32,000 nucleotides of DNA from Calothrix sp. FI2-JRJ7 (lineage in GTDB: Bacteria; Cyanobacteriota; Cyanobacteriia; Cyanobacteriales; Nostocaceae), in assembly GCA_019359675.1 (NCBI GenBank), contig JAHHGX010000022.1:4549-36548 (forward strand), given 5' to 3'. Of this stretch, positions 1 to 8,559 are shown piece by piece. The position numbers and the translations under genes are program-made. Below the pieces are notes generated by a model. It did no database searches. It saw only the letters and a list, made by a program, of their open reading frames with translations, and had not been told where the DNA came from. Position 1 is the stretch's first letter; every line of letters begins with the position of its first letter.

Positions 1-1
1 T

Positions 2-133
2 TTATGTGCCTCACGTTGGAAAGAAGCTCTTAATGCTGGGGTGGCGCCATCGGTTGTGTTAGCATCAACGCATGAGAAGGCTTTGGAGTATGTAGCGCTA
101 GAAGTGTTACAAGAATATGCTGTAGGAAATTAA
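2..133 (+). CDS. C-terminal end of a DUF2237-like protein (5' end off window)
   Basis: Open frame from base 2 to TAA at 131-133 translates as LCASRWKEALNAGVAPSVVLASTHEKALEYVALEVLQEYAVGN; the CASRWKEAL.AGVAP.VVL..THEKALEYV pattern matches my recollection of DUF2237 C-termini. Confidence 0.7.
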   Translation, partial: LCASRWKEALNAGVAPSVVLASTHEKALEYVALEVLQEYAVGN

Positions 134-533
134 CCTTGTGGGGTGGGCTTTGATTGCCCGCCCATTCCCCACAGAATTACATAAATTCCATCTTTGGATA
201 GAAGAATAAATTATAAAAGTATGTATAAAAGTTTGTCATTACTGAGAATAAGACGTAAAAATAATTACTAAATACGGAATATTAAGAGCGAAAAGAATGG
301 TGAATTGGTGATAGATGGATGATTTTGTTTGAATAGAGCAAAAAAATCATAAATAAAAAACTAAAAAAGATTTTTTGTAAGCAATTACCTGTAATATTTT
401 ACTGGTAATTCACCGTGTAAAAAATTCATGAAGTTATCTGGGGGCTGAGTTGTTTATATTTAGAGCAATCGGCGCCTGTAGATAGAAGAGTGGGTTTTTT
501 GCAATATCACTCAAATTAAAATATCAGAAAACC

Positions 534-2165
534 ATGAATGCAACTTGGCAACATATCAACCAAGTAATGGACTTTGGTTTTTGGATAAGCGCGCAGCAAC
601 ATTTAGCACAAGCGTCGCCGAGTCTAGCAGCAAATCAAACAGTTGATTACTTACAAGGGATAGCCCAACAGGTAGTAGGGTTTTTGCCGCGATTATTAGG
701 CGCCGTTTTGATACTGCTGGTTGGTTGGCTAATAGCTGCTGTCGCTGCTGCCATTGTGCGAGGAATTCTTAACCGCACAAAGATAGATAACCGTATTGCG
801 GCAAGCGTTACAGGTAGAGATGCACCTCAAGTTGAGGGATTTATCTCTAGTTTGGTGTTTTGGAGCGTTTTATTACTAACGATAGTAGCTGTTCTTGACA
901 CGTTAGACTTACGTGTAGCATCGCAACCTCTCAACAGTTTCCTTAACCAAATTGGTACTTTTTTACCCAAACTCGTTGGCGCCGGAATACTCTTGGCTAT
1001 TGCTTGGGCAGTTGCAACTATCGTCAAGCTAATAACTGTACGTGGGTTAGATGCAGCACGTATTGACGAACGTATAAATTCGCCAAGTGACGAAAGAACA
1101 GGTATAAACCAGTTATCGCTTTCAGAAACGATAGGTAATGCGCTTTACTGGTTTATATTTTTAATGTTTTTGGTTCCAGTCCTCGATACGTTGGGACTGC
1201 AACAAGCGTTAGTACCAGTACAGTCGCTAATTACTCAAATTATTTCGATTCTGCCAAATATTCTTGCCGCAGCTTTAATTGCAGCAGCTGGTTGGTTTCT
1301 TGCCAATGTTGTGCGACGAATTGTTACAAATTTGTTAGCAACGACAGGTATAGACCACATGGGGAGTCGCTTTGGTTTGAGTAATGCATCTGGAGCGCAG
1401 ACGCTATCGAGTATCATCGGCACAATTGTTTATGTGTTGATTTTGATACCTGTAGCAATTTCTGCATTGACTGCGTTACAAATTGAGGCTATTTCAGTAC
1501 CTGCCATTGCAATGCTGCAACAGGTGCTAGGGGCAGTACCATTAATTTTCACCGCTGCAACGATTTTGATTGTCGCTTACTTCGTAGGACGCTTTGTATC
1601 TGAATTAGTTACAAGTATTCTTACTAGTATTGGATTTAACAATATCTTCAGCATTATTGGTTTACCGTCTTTAAATCGCCCTGTTGTTACATCTGTAAGC
1701 ACTACACCAAGGGCGCCAGCGAAAACACCATCGGAAATTGCGGGCATAGTAGTGCTGGTGGGTATAATGTTATTCGCCACGGTTGCAGCAGTAAATGTCC
1801 TAAATATTGCAGCCTTAACAGTGTTAGTCACTGGAATTTTGGTTATTCTAGGAAGAATTTTAGCAGGGTTGATAATATTTGCGATTGGTTTGTTCTTTGC
1901 AAATTTAGCGTTTAGCATTATTGCGAGTACAGGTAATGCTCAAGCGCGAATTCTCGGACAAGTAGCGCGAATTTCTATTATTACCTTAGTATCGGCAATG
2001 GCTTTACAACAAATAGGTGTAGCTCCCGATATCGTCAACCTCGCATTCGGATTACTCTTAGGAGCTATAGCTATAGCTATCTCGCTTGCCTTTGGTTTAG
2101 GTGGACGCGATATCGCACGCTCTCAAGTTCAAGAATGGCTCGACTCTTATAAGAGTAAAAGTTAA
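534..2165 (+). CDS. Conserved TM-helix / mechanosensitive-ion-channel-like membrane protein
   Basis: 543 aa with repeated blocks of hydrophobic helices and internally repeated sequence (LPRLLGAVLILLVGWLIA, LPKLVGAGILLAIAWAVA, LPNILAAALIAAAGWFLANVVRRI) typical of the TM-helix repeat family; ends with GLGGRDIARSQVQEWLDSYK. Confidence 0.85.
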   Translation: MNATWQHINQVMDFGFWISAQQHLAQASPSLAANQTVDYLQGIAQQVVGFLPRLLGAVLILLVGWLIAAVAAAIVRGILNRTKIDNRIAASVTGRDAPQVEGFISSLVFWSVLLLTIVAVLDTLDLRVASQPLNSFLNQIGTFLPKLVGAGILLAIAWAVATIVKLITVRGLDAARIDERINSPSDERTGINQLSLSETIGNALYWFIFLMFLVPVLDTLGLQQALVPVQSLITQIISILPNILAAALIAAAGWFLANVVRRIVTNLLATTGIDHMGSRFGLSNASGAQTLSSIIGTIVYVLILIPVAISALTALQIEAISVPAIAMLQQVLGAVPLIFTAATILIVAYFVGRFVSELVTSILTSIGFNNIFSIIGLPSLNRPVVTSVSTTPRAPAKTPSEIAGIVVLVGIMLFATVAAVNVLNIAALTVLVTGILVILGRILAGLIIFAIGLFFANLAFSIIASTGNAQARILGQVARISIITLVSAMALQQIGVAPDIVNLAFGLLLGAIAIAISLAFGLGGRDIARSQVQEWLDSYKSKS

Positions 2166-2206
2166 ATAATAGTAAGTTAGAGTTCAGATTTTTAGTTCAG
2201 TTCAGA

Positions 2207-2240
2207 AACCCGACTTCTTACATAAGAAGTTGGGTTTTTT
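2207..2240 (+). terminator. Rho-independent terminator-like hairpin
   Basis: aacccgacttctta - ca - taagaagttgggtt (one G:U) followed by TTTT, 42 bp after the stop codon of 534..2165. Confidence 0.75.
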
Positions 2241-2258
2241 GCAACAGATGCCTCAATT

Positions 2259-2398
2259 GTCATGCTGAACGTAGTGAAGCATCTCTATATGATATGTAGG
2301 TTATAACAGTCCTAAATAATCTGTAAAATTTATTTAATCACAAAGGCACAAAGGACACAAAGAAAGAAAATAAGATGCTTCGTACCTCAGCATGACAC
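2259..2398. repeat. Small inverted-repeat (MITE-like) intergenic element
   Basis: Left gtcatgctgaacgtagtgaagcatct pairs with right agatgcttcgtacctcagcatgac; related sequence at 14301-14410 and a half-copy near 3105-3135. Confidence 0.5.
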
Positions 2399-2440
2399 AA
2401 GTTGGTATTTTATCTGTTTATAGGGCAGCAATGCGTAACT

Positions 2441-3037
2441 TTAATTTAAAATTTGCATAAATATCCCTAATAAATGGTCAATTGGGCGAAGTGCTATTTC
2501 ATAAATATCAATATATAGTTTTTGTTGTTCTAATTTTAGAAACTTCCATAAAATTCCAGTGGTAATACATCCGTAAATAGTATCTAGCGTCTGATTATTT
2601 TTTTGATTAAATATTTGTGCAGCTATCATTTCTGAAGCGCATTGTCCTAACCCGCTATTAATATCTTGATTTTTCGCTTCTACTAGTACCATAACAGGCG
2701 CCTTGATATAATACTGTTCAGGACTAGTGCTAATTAAAAAATCTGGTGAACCATTTAAACCTTTTGTAATATCAACGTTAAACTCTTTTCCAGAAAATAG
2801 AGATATACTATAATCACTTTTGCGTTTTACTTCTAGCAGTACAGGAAATATAATTAACTCACCGCGTGCTTTCTCAGTATTAATAGCTGTGGCAAGCGGT
2901 ACGTTTTCATCCAACGTCATCATCAAAAAGTCACTTGGCTTTACTGGTTCGACATTGGTAAATAATTGTATCCTTTCTTCTAAAGTTAAACTAAATTGTT
3001 CGACGACATCTTGTAATGAAAAAGAACTATAAGGCAT
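2441..3037 (-). CDS. Hypothetical protein, PD-(D/E)XK nuclease-like fold likely
   Basis: 198 aa with hydrophobic strand then E-x-K (APVMVLVEAKNQDINSGLGQCASEM) and D before it; resembles type I restriction N-terminal/endonuclease-like proteins. Confidence 0.6.
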   Translation of the reverse strand: MPYSSFSLQDVVEQFSLTLEERIQLFTNVEPVKPSDFLMMTLDENVPLATAINTEKARGELIIFPVLLEVKRKSDYSISLFSGKEFNVDITKGLNGSPDFLISTSPEQYYIKAPVMVLVEAKNQDINSGLGQCASEMIAAQIFNQKNNQTLDTIYGCITTGILWKFLKLEQQKLYIDIYEIALRPIDHLLGIFMQILN

Positions 3038-3177
3038 ATTCTTAATTACCTTTGTCGTTTAAGTTTGGTTTTGTTTGTAGTTTTTATTTGATACGGTATA
3101 AATCTAGATTCTTCGCTGCGCTCAGAATGACATACATATTTATACGCTATCCGTTACATCCGTTATATCCGTTGCCA

Positions 3178-4647
3178 TTACCTTTGTCGTTTAAGTTTAA
3201 TTTTTGTTTGTAGTTCTTCTTTAATCCTATTTAAAATTGATTCTTCGTCTAAGTTTTCTAATATCTTACTAATTACAAATTTTGGTCCATCCGAACCCCA
3301 TGTGGCGCCATTTGCAAGATAAGTTTTGGTAACATGTCCAATAGCATACGTAGAAAATCCGGCTACACCTGCCTGCGTAATTGCCACAGTAGCATAGGCG
3401 CCTAACGATAAACCTCCTGTAGCGGGTGCTGATATTCCTAGTAGTGTTTTTAATGAGCTTAAACCGAAGTTCGCTAGTAGTTCACTTGCCGAAATGCCAC
3501 CCATAGAAAGAGCAATTTTTTGCAGCAACTTAACGGCGCCTGCTTCGCTCATTGGAATACCATATAATTTAGACAAGCCAATAATTAATACTATATCTAT
3601 AACGGCGCCGCTTAATATATCTACTACAGTAATAGGGTTAAGGGCAATTGCCACAGCTTTTGTCATTGTCGCACGCCATATAAACGTATTTGCAGCAGCT
3701 TCGCGAATTGCTAGTTTGCGCTGCACTAACTGTTCGTTCACAACGTCAGCATATATCATCGAGTTTAGAGCAACCAGCGCTTTACCCTCACGGTGCAATA
3801 TCTCTAAAATCTTTAACTTTAAATCTTCTACCCGTGCTGTTCCTGTTCGTAACTGTACCCTTCGTGTACCATCAGGATTTTGTATTAGTGCGCGTACTAC
3901 TGGGGAAGCTGCTGACATGACTATTTCATCGGGGGATACTAGTTCCCGTACCCTTTCATCACGAATTTTTTCATAAATTGCCATGCGGTCAGCTTCAGGA
4001 TATTGGTCAATTTTATTAAAGACTAATAATATGGGTTTACCTGCATCACGCAACTGCGATAGTGCTTCATGCTCAACCTTCGTCATGTCACCCGATATTA
4101 AAAACAATATTAAATCGGCTTGCTTTGCGATATTCTGGGCTAAAGCTGCACGTGTTTCTCCATCAACTTCATCTAATCCAGGTGTGTCAATTAATTCCAC
4201 TTGCGATTGACCACCACTTTTTAACCGCACTCGCAACGCTCTTTCGTTGGCGCCGAATGTTTCTTCTGTTATACTCCAGTTTACACTTTGAGCAGAACGA
4301 GTCACACCATGTAAAGGACCCGTCTCAAAAACGTTTTGACCAACCAACGCATTTAATAAAGACGACTTACCACGTCCGACCATTCCAAACGCTGCTATTT
4401 GCACCACCATACGGTCGAGCTTTGACAGCATATTTTCTAAATCATTAATTTCGCTCTCTAAACCCTGCTGTTCAGTTGGTGTTAAGTCCAGCTTAGTCAC
4501 CATGTTACGTAGAGCAGCTTGTGCTTGACGGTAGTTTAACTCGGTCTGTATCTCATCAAAACTAAATATAGCTTTATCCATTTCCTCTTCCCATACCTGG
4601 GAAGTATCGTTTGTATGGTTAGAGTCTGGAGGCGTAGTCGAAGTCAT
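3178..4647 (-). CDS. Era/YcjF-like GTPase with C-terminal DUF697-like membrane-associated domain
   Basis: P-loop GMVGRGKSSLLNALVG, G3 DTPGLDE, G4 NKID; hydrophobic C-terminal half (ALNPITVVDILSGAVIDIVLIIGLSKLYG). Confidence 0.85.
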   Translation of the reverse strand: MTSTTPPDSNHTNDTSQVWEEEMDKAIFSFDEIQTELNYRQAQAALRNMVTKLDLTPTEQQGLESEINDLENMLSKLDRMVVQIAAFGMVGRGKSSLLNALVGQNVFETGPLHGVTRSAQSVNWSITEETFGANERALRVRLKSGGQSQVELIDTPGLDEVDGETRAALAQNIAKQADLILFLISGDMTKVEHEALSQLRDAGKPILLVFNKIDQYPEADRMAIYEKIRDERVRELVSPDEIVMSAASPVVRALIQNPDGTRRVQLRTGTARVEDLKLKILEILHREGKALVALNSMIYADVVNEQLVQRKLAIREAAANTFIWRATMTKAVAIALNPITVVDILSGAVIDIVLIIGLSKLYGIPMSEAGAVKLLQKIALSMGGISASELLANFGLSSLKTLLGISAPATGGLSLGAYATVAITQAGVAGFSTYAIGHVTKTYLANGATWGSDGPKFVISKILENLDEESILNRIKEELQTKIKLKRQR

Positions 4648-4916
4648 AACGATTTTAGATTTTTATATAACTATTATCTTTAATCCTAATAATTTTTAAG
4701 GACGCATAACCGTAATTCTTCGTTTGTGTTCTTTGTGGTTGATTCCTTTTACACAATATTCAATAGTATATTTATTTACCACAGAGACACAGAGTTTACA
4801 GAGAGAAGAGGTTTAATAACCGTAAATGTTAACAAGGTGAACATAGCTGATGATGGGCAAATCTTTAATTATCACGCAATAAAGAGTCATCAAGCAATTT
4901 ACAAATTGCCTGATTA

Positions 4917-5135
4917 TCAAACAAATTCGCAATAAAACTGCGCTAAAATACAAATCGTATCGTTTCGTTTATATACAAAATTCGGCGCCTTTGTAATAGG
5001 GGTATTAGAATTTTTCGTGACTATACGAGCAAGTTCGATACTAGAAGCTGCCAGTTGTCGTAAAATATCAGGATGGGTGTTTATGTCTGCTGCCTGTTCG
5101 ATTAGAGAATTTGACATAAATTTTAGGTAGGTCAC
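4917..5135 (-). pseudogene. Short fragment resembling variant leucine-rich-repeat (AcVRLR-type) protein
   Basis: 72 aa containing NTHPDILRQLAASSIELARIVTKNSNTPITK, similar to the 'N.NTP...L..LA......V..A.N.NTP' variant LRR pattern; too short to be a full gene. Confidence 0.35.
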
Positions 5136-5162
5136 GCGAGATTCCCTAATCGTTTCATCGAA

Positions 5163-6140
5163 TCAAGTTGTATAGCTAGCGATTTTCTGTGATGCTAACC
5201 ATACATTGGTAACAGTATACTTTGCAAACACTGAATCTTTGGTGGCGCCGCATGAACCTTTGAGTTCAACAGTCTTTTTAACGTCTTTAAACAATTGCGC
5301 CTGATGACAGTATATAGAACCATCGGGTTTTTCAAAAGTCAGTTCGGCAATAATATTACTATTGTCTTCGCTTACCTCAACGATTCTACCAGCAACTTTA
5401 TAACTGAACCAGTCCCAACCGTAACGCAATATTAACTCTCGTTCCAAAACTTGGATTTCGGGTGGTAAAACCCCCCACCCCCGATACACCTGATTCAAAC
5501 ATTCGATATTACCGATGCGGGTGAGTATGGCTTTAAAAATATCTGGTTTCAAGGCGCCATAATATCTACCATCGGGTAAGTCTATCGCAGTTGGAGCAAA
5601 TCGATGCCCGCCAAAATGCGTAGTTTTCCACATCCGCACAGTATCGGGATATAAATTAGATACTAATTCGGAAGCGTAAAAATGAAAAGGGGCGCCGTAT
5701 CTAGCACAACAACGGTCATGACTACCGTGGGCACATACTAAAATATCTCGCTTTACACTTGTTTCAACTTCATGCTCAACAACATTACCGAGCAACCACT
5801 TTTTGACCAAACCAGCAACTTGTTCAATATTCGGCAAACTATATTCTTGTTTACGATATCCACTTCCTAAACCGTCCTTACGTTGATATATCAAAAGCGT
5901 TGTACGATTCGATTTATGAGATAGATTATTGGCTATCAACAAGAACTTTATAGGCAATCGCGCACGTTTGACTTCTTCTACTAAGTTTTTTAAGTTACTT
6001 GGAACCCACTTAGAATCAAACGCTTCAGATGCCCAAGGTGGAGGACACTCTACTAATATATAAGTTTGATGGTTGGCTGCACTGCCAATGATGTCTTCTC
6101 CCAAAGAACGCGCATTATCTGAACAAAAGAAATTACTCAT
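5163..6140 (-). CDS. Sucrase/ferredoxin-like family protein
   Basis: 325 aa with DILVCAHGSHDRCCARYGAPFHFY and HFGGHRFAPTAIDLPDGRYYG, hallmark thioredoxin-like ferredoxin motifs of Suc_Fer-like proteins. Confidence 0.88.
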   Translation of the reverse strand: MSNFFCSDNARSLGEDIIGSAANHQTYILVECPPPWASEAFDSKWVPSNLKNLVEEVKRARLPIKFLLIANNLSHKSNRTTLLIYQRKDGLGSGYRKQEYSLPNIEQVAGLVKKWLLGNVVEHEVETSVKRDILVCAHGSHDRCCARYGAPFHFYASELVSNLYPDTVRMWKTTHFGGHRFAPTAIDLPDGRYYGALKPDIFKAILTRIGNIECLNQVYRGWGVLPPEIQVLERELILRYGWDWFSYKVAGRIVEVSEDNSNIIAELTFEKPDGSIYCHQAQLFKDVKKTVELKGSCGATKDSVFAKYTVTNVWLASQKIASYTT

Positions 6141-6745
6141 TTACCTGTACTACACTTTTTTATATACGGACAAAGAATTTTAAGTTTTTTTACACAGAGT
6201 TTGTTAAAAAGGCGCCCTTATTCAAATGATAAACTCGCATCTATCATCTACCATTCGAGCGATATCAACTAGGGTTTAATTAAGATTCTCTAACATTTTG
6301 CGATATCAAGCCATCTTTCTTCAGAAACATATCGATAACTTTTATCAACAATTTAAAAACAATATAAATATAGAGCAATATATCTGCTCATCCTTAGTTT
6401 TATTGCTTAAGGTTGATTGACAAAAAGGTATGTTTGCTCAGTAATAGCATCACATTTTAGAAATGTCCACTTTTAAGACTTATTTATGTTTTTGTGCGGA
6501 ATTTAAAGTTAACCTCCTGAACACTTAACTGTATTTGGCTTTTTAAGTTTATGCCTCGACTCTAACTCAAGTCAGAAAAATTTGCAAGTAGTTGCAACTC
6601 TTTCTCTTTTATTTTTATAATTACAGGCGCCTATGAACAGATTAAACGTTGATTAAATGTGATTTATGAACAAATTATAAAGTTCATAGACAATAATCTA
6701 TGTCTAAAATAAGATAAAAAACTTTCGCAATAAAATAATACGAAC

Positions 6746-6807
6746 GTAGGGTGCGTAACGCTATAACAATATTTCATCGAAGCGATAATCTTCTAGCGTT
6801 ACGCACC
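6746..6807. repeat. Dispersed inverted-repeat element, minimal (62 bp) form
   Basis: GTAGGGTGCGTAACGCT...AGCGTTACGCACC; inner 13-bp arms ggtgcgtaacgct/agcgttacgcacc are perfect. Confidence 0.8.
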
Positions 6808-6887
6808 ATAAATCCTTTCGCAATAAAATCAGACGAATTGGCAGTAAAGTTAGGATAGTAAGATTCGCAGAAAAAGATGAGCGTATT

Positions 6888-7628
6888 ATGGCAGTTGCTT
6901 ATTTCAGCTTTTATGCAGAGCTAAACGATTTTTTACCCCGACATAAAAGAGAGGTTCGCATCAGTCATAACTTTACTCTTCGGGCATCTGTCAAGGATGT
7001 GATAGAATCCTTTGGGGTACCGCATCCGGAAGTGCATAGTATAGAAGTGAACTCAAAATTTGTTGATTTTACTTATATAGTGCAGGATGAAGACAATATA
7101 AACGTCTATCCTATCTCACTTGGTGCAACAGTCAAGGCAAGTATATCAGTTCAACCGCAACCAGAGACTTATAACTTTGTCTTAGATATCCATTTAGGAA
7201 AACTTGCAAATTCTTTACGGTTGTTGGGGTTTGACACGTTATACCGTAATGACTACGAAGACAAGGAACTTGCACGAGTTTCCAGTAGTGAGAATCGAAT
7301 TTTGCTAACGCGCGACAAAGGATTGTTGATGCGGAGTATAGTAGTGTACGGTTACTACGTTCGACAAACTGACCCGAACAAGCAAATAGTCGAATTGATT
7401 CAAAGATTTAACTTATTAAAACACGTGGCGCCGTTTCGTCGATGCATTCGTTGTAACGGATTGTTAAGCCAAGTAAACAAAGAGTTGGTAATATCAGAGA
7501 TACCAGAAACCGTCAAAAAACTCAACGATGAATTCCACCGTTGTCAAAATTGCCATCAGGTTTACTGGAAAGGTTCGCACTACGACCAGTTACACTCATT
7601 TATCGATAGGATATTAAAAGACACGTAG
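6888..7628 (+). CDS. Mut7-C RNase domain protein with N-terminal ubiquitin-like (ThiS-like) domain
   Basis: LDIHLGKLANSLRLLGFDTLYRNDYEDKELARVSSSENRILLTRDKGLL plus C-terminal CxxC pairs (CIRCNGLL, CQNCHQVYWKGSHYDQL). Confidence 0.92.
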   Translation: MAVAYFSFYAELNDFLPRHKREVRISHNFTLRASVKDVIESFGVPHPEVHSIEVNSKFVDFTYIVQDEDNINVYPISLGATVKASISVQPQPETYNFVLDIHLGKLANSLRLLGFDTLYRNDYEDKELARVSSSENRILLTRDKGLLMRSIVVYGYYVRQTDPNKQIVELIQRFNLLKHVAPFRRCIRCNGLLSQVNKELVISEIPETVKKLNDEFHRCQNCHQVYWKGSHYDQLHSFIDRILKDT

Positions 7629-8440
7629 GGTGCGTAACACTATAACAATATCTCAAAGAAGCGATAATTTCGTAGCGTTACGCACCATATATATTGGTTA
7701 CAATTATGGTTTGCGGTGCGTAACGCTATAAATCACACACCATATATATTGATTACAATTATGGTTTGCGGTGCGTAACGCTATAAGTCACACACCATAT
7801 ATATTGATTACAATTATGGTTTGCGGTGCGTAACGCTATAAATCACACACCATATATATTGATTACAATTATGGTTTGCGGTGCGTAACGCTATAAGTCA
7901 CACACCATATATATTGATTACAATTATGGTTTGCGGTGCGTAACGCTATAAGTCACACACCATATATATTGATTACAATTATGGTTTGCGGTGCGTGACG
8001 CTATAAGTCACACACCATATATATTGGTTACAATTATGGTTTGCGGTGCGTAACGCTATAAGTCACACACCATATATATTGATTACAATTATGGTTTGCG
8101 GTGCGTGACGCTATAAGTTACACAGTATATATATTGATTACAATTATGGTTTGCGGTGCGTGACGCTATAAGTCACACACCATATATATTGGTTACAATT
8201 ATGGTTTGCGGTGCATGACGCTATAAGTTACGCACTATATATATTGGTTACAATTATGGTTTGCGGTGCATGACGCTATAAGTTACGCACTATATATATT
8301 GGTTACAATTATGGTTTGCGGTGCGTGACGCTATAAGTTACACACTATATATATTGGTTACAATTATGGTTTGCGGTGCGTGACGCTATAAGTCTTATCG
8401 CTACGTTGAAGTTTTTTCGTAGCGTCACACACCCTACGTG
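7622..8440. repeat. 819-bp composite inverted-repeat element containing an internal tandem array
   Basis: Outer arms cacgtagggtgcgtaacac (7622) and agcgtcacacaccctacgtg (8421-8440) are imperfect inverted repeats; the left part 7624-7687 matches the minimal 62-bp element; the rest is tandem repeat. Confidence 0.75.
7682..8390. repeat. Tandem repeat array, 55-bp period, 13 anchors
   Basis: Unit TAACGCTATAAgTCACACACCATATATATTGATTACAATTATGGTTTGCGGTGCG; t(a/g)acgctata anchors at 7721, 7776, 7831, 7886, 7941, 7996, 8051, 8106, 8161, 8216, 8271, 8326, 8381. Confidence 0.95.
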
Positions 8441-8559
8441 CCTGATTGGGTTTGTTGGTTGTTTTGGGTGAGATGTGCGAGAATAAGAAACAAATAAACA
8501 GTCTTCGATACATTTGTTAACAAAGAGAATTTATAGAATGTTGAAATTAAGGCAGAATT

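Noticed and set aside
827-1918. Minus-strand ORFs inside the TM-helix protein gene
   Set aside because: Overlap a well-supported CDS and have no recognisable motifs.
3494-4448. Plus-strand ORFs opposite the GTPase
   Set aside because: Fully antisense to a gene with clear G-motifs.
4726-4935. 69-aa ORF
   Set aside because: It reads through a common intergenic repeat (accacagagacacagag); no coding evidence.
7682-8390. CRISPR array
   Set aside because: The 55-bp units are directly contiguous with no unique spacers and no cas genes; it is a tandem repeat.
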